Below, piece after piece: positions 39,367 to 47,392 of a DNA stretch of 64,000 nt (positions within the stretch are counted from its first letter, which is position 1; every line of letters starts with the position of its first letter). Source of the stretch: a virus (taxonomy: Duplodnaviria; Caudoviricetes); IMG/VR virus record IMGVR_UViG_2671180615_000003, positions 1-64,000 of that record; one strand, written 5' to 3'. Under the pieces are notes generated by a model, which did no database searches, had not been told where the DNA came from, and saw nothing but the letters and a program-made list of their open reading frames with translations. Position numbers and translations under genes: made by a program.

Positions 39367-40077
39367 TTAAACAGCAGGAATCACATTAATAGTCGTAGGA
39401 ATCACTTCATTGCTATTCTGGCAAACAAGAGTGATATTGAAATAAACGTCTTCAGCGAAAGCTGTAATAGTTTGGGCATAACGATAAATTTCAGTTAAGC
39501 CATCAACCGAAGTAATTACATGCTCGATTTCAGTTGCAGACACATATTTCATTGAATACTTAACTGGCAAGGCTTGTGTATTGAACAATGTATCTAACAA
39601 CGAAAAGAAGTCGTTATTTCCATCATTAGTATTGTTATAACCAATATCTGAACCGCCTAGATCATAACTGTCAAAAGCAGTCTGCAAACGAACACCACTA
39701 TGAATATTTGCAACCGAATTTAAGAAATTCTCAGCCACAACTTCAAGCGTATCGCCAATATTAGCTTTAGTAGCTGCATGGTAACCATACATGATTAGTG
39801 GAGCTTCAGGTGTACCGAAATCTAACGGCTCACCTACTGGAGTTAAAACACCATTTTCATATGTACAGTTATCCAAATACCAAGCAGAAGCTGGAGGATT
39901 TGGCAGGCTAGTTACACCAATGACAGTAAATCCCGGTAATGCATTAATTGCTTCCACATTACTCAACACTTGGTCATAGCTAGTTGAATCATCAATCTTA
40001 ACCAATACTGTATGACCAGCAGGTAAGTTTGTATTTGTTAAAGTTTCGATTGTTGCTTTTTTTGGAGTAGTAACCAT
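39367..40077 (-). CDS. Acidic beta-rich hypothetical protein (possible virion decoration)
   Basis: 236 aa rich in T/N/D; GAGG RBS; late-region position. Confidence 0.6.
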   Translation of the reverse strand: MVTTPKKATIETLTNTNLPAGHTVLVKIDDSTSYDQVLSNVEAINALPGFTVIGVTSLPNPPASAWYLDNCTYENGVLTPVGEPLDFGTPEAPLIMYGYHAATKANIGDTLEVVAENFLNSVANIHSGVRLQTAFDSYDLGGSDIGYNNTNDGNNDFFSLLDTLFNTQALPVKYSMKYVSATEIEHVITSVDGLTEIYRYAQTITAFAEDVYFNITLVCQNSNEVIPTTINVIPAV

Positions 40078-40345
40078 TAAGGTTTCCTCATAAAAAAAGC
40101 CTTATCATTTATTGATAAGGCTTTGGTGGTAGAAACTGGAAAAGAAAAAGCCCCGCCAATAATCGATATTAAGCGAGGCCATTTTGCGCCGTAATACTCT
40201 CGGCAAGTTAAAAAGTAAATATTAAAAAACCCGCTTCTAAAAGAAACGGGTCATAAAAATAAAAACTTTCAGCGCAGATAATTCTGAAGATTGAAATATA
40301 TATGCAAATACATATATGCGCAACTAGTAATTTATTTTTAAATAA

Positions 40346-40564
40346 TTAATTTTTTTGTGCTCTCAAGATTTCTAAAACCTGTTTCGATAATTCGTGTAGA
40401 TCAAATCCATATGGATGCCAAAATTGATACATCACATTGTCGCGGTTATAAATTTGAATGTAATAAGTTGATGTGTAGCTTGGATCAATTTCGGATGCTT
40501 TAAATATTTTTACATCTTTTTTAATTTCTTGACCATCTAATTCACCGCCAACACAAAGCGTCAT
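40346..40564 (-). CDS. Small phage hypothetical protein
   Basis: LCVGGELDGQ N-terminal motif. Confidence 0.65.
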   Translation of the reverse strand: MTLCVGGELDGQEIKKDVKIFKASEIDPSYTSTYYIQIYNRDNVMYQFWHPYGFDLHELSKQVLEILRAQKN

Positions 40565-40619
40565 GATATTTACCAGTTTTTAATTAGACTGGAATATAGC
40601 ATGTATAAAGTTATATCCA

Positions 40620-41219
40620 CTATTTCAAATCAGCCTTTACTCTAGCTGAAAATTTTTTTTGCATCTCAAATATTCTACGATTTACTTCTTCATCTTCACG
40701 AAGTCCTAATTCTTTTCTCAATTCACTTTGTAAAAGTAAGGCGTCTACCCCAAATAATTCAGTAAATTCATATATTTCATTATTAATTAATTCTTTTTTC
40801 TCAAGTGAGACTGCGTCATACCAATTCCTGAAATATAAAGTTATTACTTTTAATGAGTCACTGAACCTAATCGTAAAATTCATTATTTTTTCTTTTGTAT
40901 TGGGATCAGAAATAAAGCTTGATTCATGTAAAGATGCCGTGAGTTCTTTAACAATTATGAAGAATTCGTCAAAAAATTCTTCATCTTTTAAAACTCTATA
41001 TGAATGACATGTAATTAAGAACTTTTGCCATTTTCTAACAAGTTCGAGGTAAATATCCCTTTTCGCTTCTGCTAACTTATCAGCTTTATGAGCATTTATT
41101 GCAGACTTAGCACCAAACCATACAGTACCAATTAAAGCTAATGCTCCCAAAAGAGCTCCAACAAATGAAAACCAGCCTTGTATTAAAGCCGATGTTATTG
41201 AAGCTACTTCAGCAGACAT
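40620..41219 (-). CDS. Membrane-anchored moron protein
   Basis: N-terminal TM (GALLGALALIG) plus helical domain; AT-rich. Confidence 0.7.
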   Translation of the reverse strand: MSAEVASITSALIQGWFSFVGALLGALALIGTVWFGAKSAINAHKADKLAEAKRDIYLELVRKWQKFLITCHSYRVLKDEEFFDEFFIIVKELTASLHESSFISDPNTKEKIMNFTIRFSDSLKVITLYFRNWYDAVSLEKKELINNEIYEFTELFGVDALLLQSELRKELGLREDEEVNRRIFEMQKKFSARVKADLK

Positions 41220-41303
41220 TTCTTATCCTATAAAAATATTAAAGCCCGCATATGCGAGCCTTTTAAAGTGCCGATTTAAATGCAAAATCGCCAAGTTAAC
41301 ACA

Positions 41304-41332
41304 AATATGCCATACCCCGTGCGCACACTCAA
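41304..41332 (-). promoter_or_regulatory. Candidate late promoter (pR'-like)
   Basis: TTGAGT-17 bp-CATATT overlapping the Q stop; hairpin terminator at about 41242-41262. Confidence 0.55.
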
Positions 41333-41826
41333 GCGGTTTTTTCAAAAGTTTCAAATGCAAAATGTGGATTACGGCTTTTGATATAAGCTAGACCGCATTT
41401 TAAATCCTGTCGAATTTGATTAACTGATGTTTCATTACTTTGAGCAATATCTCTTAATGAATTACCCATTACATGATGTGACCAAATTGCTGAGATCCAT
41501 TCTTGTAAAATATGGTCTTCAATTAGCTGCATATCAATAAACAATCTATGTACCCCACGTGCTTCATTATCGTTTAATTGACAGCAAGTACCCTTTCGGC
41601 GAATGCACAAACGATCCTTTAAAGTTTCATCGCTCATATACATTGCCATTAATTTTTCACGTTGTTTTTGAGTGATGCGCTTAGTAGGCATCGTTTTAAC
41701 AATCTTAACCATTGTTTCGGTATCACCGTTAAGCCAAGCACCAAGCTGGCGACACCATTCCTCAAAACTATATTTAGACCAATCGACCGCTTGTAAAATG
41801 TGTTGTACTGGCATATTCATTTTCAT
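41329..41826 (-). CDS. Late-gene antitermination protein (Q-like)
   Basis: Last gene of the early-right operon; C-terminal HTH-like SLRDIAQSNETSVNQIRQDL. Confidence 0.7.
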   Translation of the reverse strand: MKMNMPVQHILQAVDWSKYSFEEWCRQLGAWLNGDTETMVKIVKTMPTKRITQKQREKLMAMYMSDETLKDRLCIRRKGTCCQLNDNEARGVHRLFIDMQLIEDHILQEWISAIWSHHVMGNSLRDIAQSNETSVNQIRQDLKCGLAYIKSRNPHFAFETFEKTA

Positions 41827-42215
41827 CCCACCAATTGCTCAATTTGTTTAATCGCCACGCCTGCTTTAACTTGCTCTGTACTAAACCTTAAAACTGTAAA
41901 ACCCATCATTGCTGCTTCGTTGTATTTCTCCATGTCTCCTAGATAACCTTTGCCCCTCGTATGACGACCACGGCTCCAGATCCCGCCTTCAACCTCTACC
42001 AATATGTTTGTACCTGTAATAAAAAAATCCGCCCGCCACTTACGTTTTGGATGGAATTTATATTCCTGCTCAAAATCAATCTTGCAGGCTTTAAGATGAG
42101 TTACTAACAAAACCTCCCCTACACTTGGTTCCCGTGTTTGCTTTGCTGAACGGCGCTTTTTATTTTTCTGAATAGGAAATAATTCACGGTATTCAGCAAG
42201 GCTCATTGAACTCAT
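41823..42215 (-). CDS. DUF559/Vsr-like endonuclease (possible resolvase)
   Basis: EYKFHPKRKWRADF...VEVEGGIWSRGRH...DMEKYN. Confidence 0.85.
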   Translation of the reverse strand: MSSMSLAEYRELFPIQKNKKRRSAKQTREPSVGEVLLVTHLKACKIDFEQEYKFHPKRKWRADFFITGTNILVEVEGGIWSRGRHTRGKGYLGDMEKYNEAAMMGFTVLRFSTEQVKAGVAIKQIEQLVG

Positions 42216-43555
42216 CCCTTAATTGCCTCCTTTAAAAACTTTTGAATACGAAGACCTATCCATTTCATTACTGAAACAGCCATTGAATTGCCTAATGTTT
42301 TATATCGCTTACCTGAAGCCACACCTTTTACATTTGTATAGTTATCGGGGAAGCCTTGAAGACGCTCACATTCAACTTCTGTTAAATAACGAGCTAAGTA
42401 GAAAATGTTCGGAGGGATATATTTAAAAATTGCTTGATGAATTGCACCACCACCTTTCCCTCCACATCTAACAGTCGGCGCAATTTCATGCGCTATATCA
42501 AATAAAGCATCATTTTTAGTACCGCAGTAAACTACCGCATTCTTTTTAGTTGAAACTAAAGTGTATGACAGCTCAGGGTTTAAGCCTGTTCCATTTGAAC
42601 CTGTCTTTCCTAAATGCCCGATAGTATTTCCATTTAGACCATAACTATGGATGACATATGCGTCACCATGACGGGCTAATAATGTTGGAAACACTTCATT
42701 AGAAATAGCAGCATTAACTGTTTGGCCTCCAACACCAATGGCATGCTTAATGTAATAATCGCCGCAAAATGCCTCTTGGTTTCCTAACCATTTCTTTTGG
42801 CCATGTGATGCTAAAATTGGTGGAGTGTAATTTTTTCCGCTAATAGTTTGGCTTGTTCGGAAAGTGTGAATTTCACACAATCTGGTAATGTCTTCCCTCT
42901 TGCCTCTGCTCTCCTTAGAATTCCCTGACAGGCTTTTGTGCTCAAAAAGTATTTCTCCGATACATTCTGCTCGAGCACTTGCGACAACAAACACACGCTT
43001 GCGTCGTTGGGCGAGTCCGAAATATTGAGCATCAAGGACTCTCCAATAGATTTGTCGTTGTGGTCCAAACACACAACCAGCGTTTGGCCATTTTTTCCCT
43101 GTAGGCTGTAATTCACACTCTTCTCCTGCGAGTGCAGCCAGAAAGCAGCCGAAAGCATTATCTTTTGTGTTGAGTACTCCTGGTACGTTTTCCCAAACGA
43201 TAATTGCTGGCTTAAGTCCTCGAATAGATCTTGCTGAATCAATTGCATCCGCTAACCTCACATATTCTAAAGATAATTGTCCTCGTTCATCTGCTAATGA
43301 ATTTCTTAGTCCTGCTAAGGAAAATGCCTGGCATGGAGTTCCACCAACCAAAATATCTGGTGCTTCTACTTGTTGATTTAGAACTTTTTCACGGATTTTT
43401 GTCATATCTCCCAAGTTTTCAACTTCAGGATAATGATGTTCCAAAATTTGACTTGGTGCTGTTTCAATCTCTGAAAACCAAGCAGGTTCCCACCCAAGTG
43501 AGTGCCAGGCAACTGTTGCAGCTTCAATACCTGAACAAACAGATCCATACCTCAT
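42212..43555 (-). CDS. DNA cytosine-5 methyltransferase
   Basis: SVCSGIE (I), GGTPCQAFS (IV), ENV (VI), QRRKR (VIII), ECERLQGFPD (IX), LGNS (X). Confidence 0.95.
   Translation of the reverse strand: MRYGSVCSGIEAATVAWHSLGWEPAWFSEIETAPSQILEHHYPEVENLGDMTKIREKVLNQQVEAPDILVGGTPCQAFSLAGLRNSLADERGQLSLEYVRLADAIDSARSIRGLKPAIIVWENVPGVLNTKDNAFGCFLAALAGEECELQPTGKKWPNAGCVFGPQRQIYWRVLDAQYFGLAQRRKRVFVVASARAECIGEILFEHKSLSGNSKESRGKREDITRLCEIHTFRTSQTISGKNYTPPILASHGQKKWLGNQEAFCGDYYIKHAIGVGGQTVNAAISNEVFPTLLARHGDAYVIHSYGLNGNTIGHLGKTGSNGTGLNPELSYTLVSTKKNAVVYCGTKNDALFDIAHEIAPTVRCGGKGGGAIHQAIFKYIPPNIFYLARYLTEVECERLQGFPDNYTNVKGVASGKRYKTLGNSMAVSVMKWIGLRIQKFLKEAIKG
42811..43248 (-). CDS. Overprinted alternative-frame ORF inside the cytosine MTase (beta-subunit-like)
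   Basis: 145 aa; GAGG 7 nt before the ATG; LSQVLE...KYFLS..ACQGILRRA..RGK.LP motif. Confidence 0.65.
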   Translation of the reverse strand: MQLIQQDLFEDLSQQLSFGKTYQEYSTQKIMLSAAFWLHSQEKSVNYSLQGKNGQTLVVCLDHNDKSIGESLMLNISDSPNDASVCLLSQVLEQNVSEKYFLSTKACQGILRRAEARGKTLPDCVKFTLSEQAKLLAEKITLHQF

Positions 43556-44508
43556 GCCGCAGCTCCTTTACCTTGTTGAAATCCAACTTGAATGAGGTAA
43601 GTCATCCATTTTTTCTGTTGTTCAGGATCTGCGAGTTTTACGGCGATACGTGCAGCAAGTTGTTCATAGCTCTCGTTACCTTCTGCATACTTGCTAGAAA
43701 ACTCAGGATGTTTAGAAAGCTTGTCAGCGAAGACAGCAATTTGCTTTTGACTTAAACCAGTTGAATTGTTTTGTTCACCAGAAAATGATTTAGTCGGTTG
43801 TGATGCTTTTTGACGGCGTTCGTATTTGGCTTTTGCATTCAGTAACCAATCAGCAAAATGGAAAATCAAAAGATCATCACAAAGATTCTTTGAGGCATTG
43901 TTGAGTTCAAATGCTCTAAGTTCTCGGTGGTACCATGACTCCATTACGAGTTGATCAAAATCTACAGACTTGTCTGAAAGTAAAATTTCTTCACGAAGTT
44001 TTTTAAAACAAAGCCAAGTTTTTTTATTTTTAGATTCATCTGAAAGATTACTTGATAGATTCCGTGTACCAACGTTGGTACTGTTTGCTGGAAATGTTGG
44101 TACTGTTTGCTGGAAATGTTGGTACTGTTCCAATGTTGGTACTGTTTCAAAATCTTCCCCTTGTGTATCAAGGCTTTCTGAGCCTAACTGTTCCAACGTT
44201 GGTACTGTATTTTCTCGACCTTGTACACCAATTAAACGATAGACAATTACCTGCTTTGTTCTGCCTTTTCTTTCACCAGTATCGAAAATTAATCCCTCAG
44301 AACAGAGCTCATCCAGAATCTTAAAAAGGGTTTTTTTATTAATCTGACAGTCATCAGCCAAACGTTTAGAACTCGGATAACAGCAATGTTGTTCATCCGC
44401 ACGATCAGCCATTGAAAGCAGCACTAATTTTTTTAAAGCTGGAGAAGAGCCACCCTTAGCTTGAGTGAACTTCTTTTTCCAAGCCCATACAGTAGCGTCT
44501 AAGCTCAT
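43552..44508 (-). CDS. Phage replication initiator (N-terminal wHTH)
   Basis: KLVLLSMADRAD...CYPS..LA HTH; internal iterons; lambda O position. Confidence 0.9.
   Translation of the reverse strand: MSLDATVWAWKKKFTQAKGGSSPALKKLVLLSMADRADEQHCCYPSSKRLADDCQINKKTLFKILDELCSEGLIFDTGERKGRTKQVIVYRLIGVQGRENTVPTLEQLGSESLDTQGEDFETVPTLEQYQHFQQTVPTFPANSTNVGTRNLSSNLSDESKNKKTWLCFKKLREEILLSDKSVDFDQLVMESWYHRELRAFELNNASKNLCDDLLIFHFADWLLNAKAKYERRQKASQPTKSFSGEQNNSTGLSQKQIAVFADKLSKHPEFSSKYAEGNESYEQLAARIAVKLADPEQQKKWMTYLIQVGFQQGKGAAA
44066..44208. repeat. Replication origin iterons
   Basis: GTTGGTACTGT at 44074, 44096, 44118 (22-bp period), 44135 and 44198; 16-bp palindrome GTACCAACGTTGGTAC at 44066-44081; AT-rich tract adjacent at about 43995-44040. 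Confidence 0.88.
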
Positions 44509-44834
44509 TTATCCCCCTCTTCATTCATTTGAATGAAAGTGCTGCCCAAATAACGGATCCTTTTAGCCCGATATAAGCTTGAGATAATTTGGCCAGCATG
44601 GCCGAGATAAAGACCATGTTTTCCATGTTGATCTATTAGTGCTTGCATAAACTCTTCACGTTTTACAGCAGCATTTTTCTCATCACGGTTTTGACGTGCT
44701 AGATTTTTCTTACGGATTTCCAGTAAACCAGATAAAGTTCTTAAAGCTGGTTCATGCCATGATTGATAACTTTGTTGACGCTGTTGCTCGATCAGATTGT
44801 CTTTAGTCGTTTGATTTGATAAATTAGTTCGCAT
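44505..44834 (-). CDS. Phage hypothetical protein between cII and the initiator
   Basis: 109 aa with GAGG RBS; overlaps the initiator start. Confidence 0.7.
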   Translation of the reverse strand: MRTNLSNQTTKDNLIEQQRQQSYQSWHEPALRTLSGLLEIRKKNLARQNRDEKNAAVKREEFMQALIDQHGKHGLYLGHAGQIISSLYRAKRIRYLGSTFIQMNEEGDK

Positions 44835-44894
44835 ATTCGATTCCTCTAGCCAGTAATTGAATTAACTAAGCCTGATTTCCGAGATCAGGCTTTT

Positions 44895-45251
44895 TTAATA
44901 TCCAAGCTTTTCCTTTTGACCACTGATTTCGTCATGAAACAGATCATCTACAGTTTCAATTCGATTCATCCAGCTTTTAGACATAACTAAAAGTGCAGCA
45001 ACTCGCTCTTTATCAATGCTTTGATAATCTTTTGGTACAACCTTTAAACCAAGTAGACTCAAGAGCTCGCAAAACATTTCAATTTCATTCAATCCGTTGT
45101 TTTTCTTATCTGTTTTAAATCGAGTAATTGTGCTTGGATCAACCTTTAAGTGTTCTGCAATCTCTTTTTGATTGCTTAAATCAAGACCATGCAATATGCG
45201 GGATGCATCATTTCTAGCGCTTGCAGAAAGATCTATTGATAATTTGCTCAT
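44895..45251 (-). CDS. cII: CII-like transcriptional activator
   Basis: NQKEIAEHLKVDPSTITRFK HTH, LLSLLGLKVVP; downstream of cro. Confidence 0.8.
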   Translation of the reverse strand: MSKLSIDLSASARNDASRILHGLDLSNQKEIAEHLKVDPSTITRFKTDKKNNGLNEIEMFCELLSLLGLKVVPKDYQSIDKERVAALLVMSKSWMNRIETVDDLFHDEISGQKEKLGY

Positions 45252-45259
45252 GGTGGTTC

Positions 45260-45481
45260 CTAAGCCGTTTTTGAAGTTCCTAAAAAGAAATCAAACAGGC
45301 TTTTGTGAGTTAGTTGTTGATTACTTGCTTCAACCATTTTTTGAATGGTTTCCATTCTTGGGTTTTTGCGGGCATGGATTAATTGAGTTTCCATATATCC
45401 ATATGTAACTTTTACTTCTTTGCAGAATTTGAGACGTTCACTCTCACTTAATCCACGCCAGTAGCTATAAAGAGTAAGCAT
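45260..45481 (-). CDS. cro: Cro-like repressor
   Basis: 73-aa HTH protein divergent from cI. Confidence 0.75.
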   Translation of the reverse strand: MLTLYSYWRGLSESERLKFCKEVKVTYGYMETQLIHARKNPRMETIQKMVEASNQQLTHKSLFDFFLGTSKTA

Positions 45482-45487
45482 TTATAC

Positions 45488-45576
45488 ACCTCACTGGTAA
45501 ATTTATTTATTAAATATACCCACAAGGTAAATAAAATACAACCTGTTAGGGTATTTATTTTTTTTACCTATTGGGT
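45488..45576. promoter_or_regulatory. OR-like operator array (ACC-N5-GGT)
   Basis: ACCTCACTGGT 45488, ACCCACAAGGT 45518, ACCTATTGGGT 45566, plus a variant at 45541. Confidence 0.8.
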
Positions 45577-45611
45577 ATTTTTGAGTTCAGCGCTAGAGGT
45601 GAATTGAAAAA

Positions 45612-46400
45612 ATGAGTGAATTAAAGACTATTCATGAAATTAGGCTTGGAAATACAAGAAAATTAATGAAGGAATCGGGACTAACTCGTTCTGAATTCGC
45701 CGAAAAGATTGATATGTCTTATGGATTGGTAAGCCAATATATTGGAAAGAATCCAACAAAGAATATTGGTGATGAAACTGCTTTTAAAATTGAAGAAGCT
45801 TTTAATAAACCGCGTGGGTACCTTGATCAATCTGACATTCAAAATGAAAATGCACACCAATTAGATGGTGCTGCTAGTTTTAAGCAACTCGACATAGAAG
45901 CATTTAAGAAAAAATATAATATTCCTGACAGTGAAGATGCTGTCCTTTTCTCAAATGTAATTGAAAAACCATTAGTTATTTCAAAAAGATGGGTTCCAGT
46001 TAAGGCATATAGCAAGATGGGCATGGACGGTTATTTTACAGACATGGGGTATGATGGAAACGCTGGCGATGGGTACATTCCGACTCACACTGCTGGTGAT
46101 CGATCATATGCAATTAAAGGAACTGGTGACTCAATGTACCCCGCTATCCGTAATGGCTGGTATGTAGTCTGTGACCCAGATGCAGAATTAACGCCTACTG
46201 AATTTGTGCAAGTTTGTTTAAAAGATGGTAGGTGCACAATTAAAGAATTTATTGGCATTCATAATAATGTTTTAAATCTTTTAGCTGTAAACGGCGGCGA
46301 ACGCTTAACTTTTGATATGGATGAAGTCGAAAGCATTACTGCTATTACCGATATTGTACCTCCTAGCCAACACAGACAACAGCATCCTAACGCTCATTAA
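45612..46400 (+). CDS. cI: CI repressor (HTH + S24 peptidase)
   Basis: N-terminal HTH, GDSMYP, TIKEF. Confidence 0.93.
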   Translation: MSELKTIHEIRLGNTRKLMKESGLTRSEFAEKIDMSYGLVSQYIGKNPTKNIGDETAFKIEEAFNKPRGYLDQSDIQNENAHQLDGAASFKQLDIEAFKKKYNIPDSEDAVLFSNVIEKPLVISKRWVPVKAYSKMGMDGYFTDMGYDGNAGDGYIPTHTAGDRSYAIKGTGDSMYPAIRNGWYVVCDPDAELTPTEFVQVCLKDGRCTIKEFIGIHNNVLNLLAVNGGERLTFDMDEVESITAITDIVPPSQHRQQHPNAH

Positions 46401-46467
46401 TTATTTTAATATATCCTTATTTAAGCCCACCAATTGGTGGGTTTTTTATGGCCTTTACATTAAATAC

Positions 46468-46536
46468 ACCTAGGAAGTAAAAAAATAATCATCTAATTTC
46501 ACCTCACAGGTATTTACTTTATTTTACCTTGCAGGT
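46468..46536. promoter_or_regulatory. OL-like operator array (ACC-N5-GGT)
   Basis: ACCTCACAGGT 46501, ACCTTGCAGGT 46526 and a degenerate copy at 46468; same consensus as OR. Confidence 0.78.
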
Positions 46537-46614
46537 ATATTTTTCTCACAGACAACAAAAAAGCACATCGACTCTTCTAACTTCCGATGTGCTTTGCAAA
46601 CTGCGAGATCAATT

Positions 46615-47055
46615 ATGAATGTAAATGCAATTCCATTCAACCATATCAAAGTAACAGGTGTTACAGCTCTTGTTTTGATTGCTGGTTTAGCTTCTTGTGA
46701 ATACAAGACAGCTCAATCTAGTTTTGCAGCAAACTCTCAGACCTTTACACCGCAAATTCAACCAAGTTCGTATGGCGTTCAAACAGCAAAGATCATTGGT
46801 AAAAATTCAGGTATAGCGGTTATTAAACTTGATGGCTTCCGAGTAAACGTTAGCTTTGACTTTGAGGCTCATCCAGATAGCTACGGTGTTGCGGGTTCTG
46901 AATTTACTGCGGTTGATGTAACCCAGCTCACTATTAATGAAATCACGGATGTAAACGGCAAGTCTTACCGCGATTTCACTGATTACAACGATCACCGCAA
47001 TATCAATGCCCTAATTAAAGGCTTCATCGAACGTAATAAGTTGGTGGAGGCTTAA
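46615..47055 (+). CDS. Early-left hypothetical protein, possible lipoprotein
   Basis: Hydrophobic stretch ending LASC; preceded by a hairpin at about 46560-46595. Confidence 0.65.
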   Translation: MNVNAIPFNHIKVTGVTALVLIAGLASCEYKTAQSSFAANSQTFTPQIQPSSYGVQTAKIIGKNSGIAVIKLDGFRVNVSFDFEAHPDSYGVAGSEFTAVDVTQLTINEITDVNGKSYRDFTDYNDHRNINALIKGFIERNKLVEA

Positions 47056-47057
47056 TC

Positions 47058-47381
47058 ATGACTAATTTCAAAAAACATCCAGATGGGTACAAGTCTTATT
47101 TAGGCCGTGACAATACTGGCCTCTACTCTGTTCGCATTGGTTGGACTGTTTATGCATCAAATGCTAATGGATCGGTTCTTTACAAGATCAAGGACTCAGT
47201 TAAGACGCCTTTAGATGTGGCCAAGTTCCAATCTGAATATCCAAAAGTTTGGGAGGTATTAACTCAAGAGATCAGCTTTCAACGCAAAAAGAAATTAGCT
47301 ATCGATTTGGGTAACTCTCACATCACTTCAATTGAACGCAAAGCGTATAAGCAAAAACGCGGCTTTACTGGCTCTAGATAA
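47058..47381 (+). CDS. Phage hypothetical protein
   Basis: GGAGG RBS; tight operon spacing. Confidence 0.7.
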   Translation: MTNFKKHPDGYKSYLGRDNTGLYSVRIGWTVYASNANGSVLYKIKDSVKTPLDVAKFQSEYPKVWEVLTQEISFQRKKKLAIDLGNSHITSIERKAYKQKRGFTGSR

Positions 47382-47392
47382 GGATAATAAAA

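Noticed and set aside
20128-43555. Classical type II restriction-modification system formed by either MTase
   Set aside because: No recognisable cognate restriction endonuclease. The nuclease next to the cytosine MTase is a common phage nin-region type, so that MTase is more likely an orphan anti-restriction enzyme.
44066-44208. CRISPR-like or DGR repeat array
   Set aside because: The repeats are 11-22 bp without unique spacers and lie inside the initiator gene; they fit iterons. No cas or reverse transcriptase gene is in the window.
43231-44324. ORFs 43231-43755, 43962-44171, 43970-44242 and 44052-44324
   Set aside because: They overlap well-supported genes, and their repeats simply mirror the iterons. 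Unlike 42811-43248 they show no recognisable motif.
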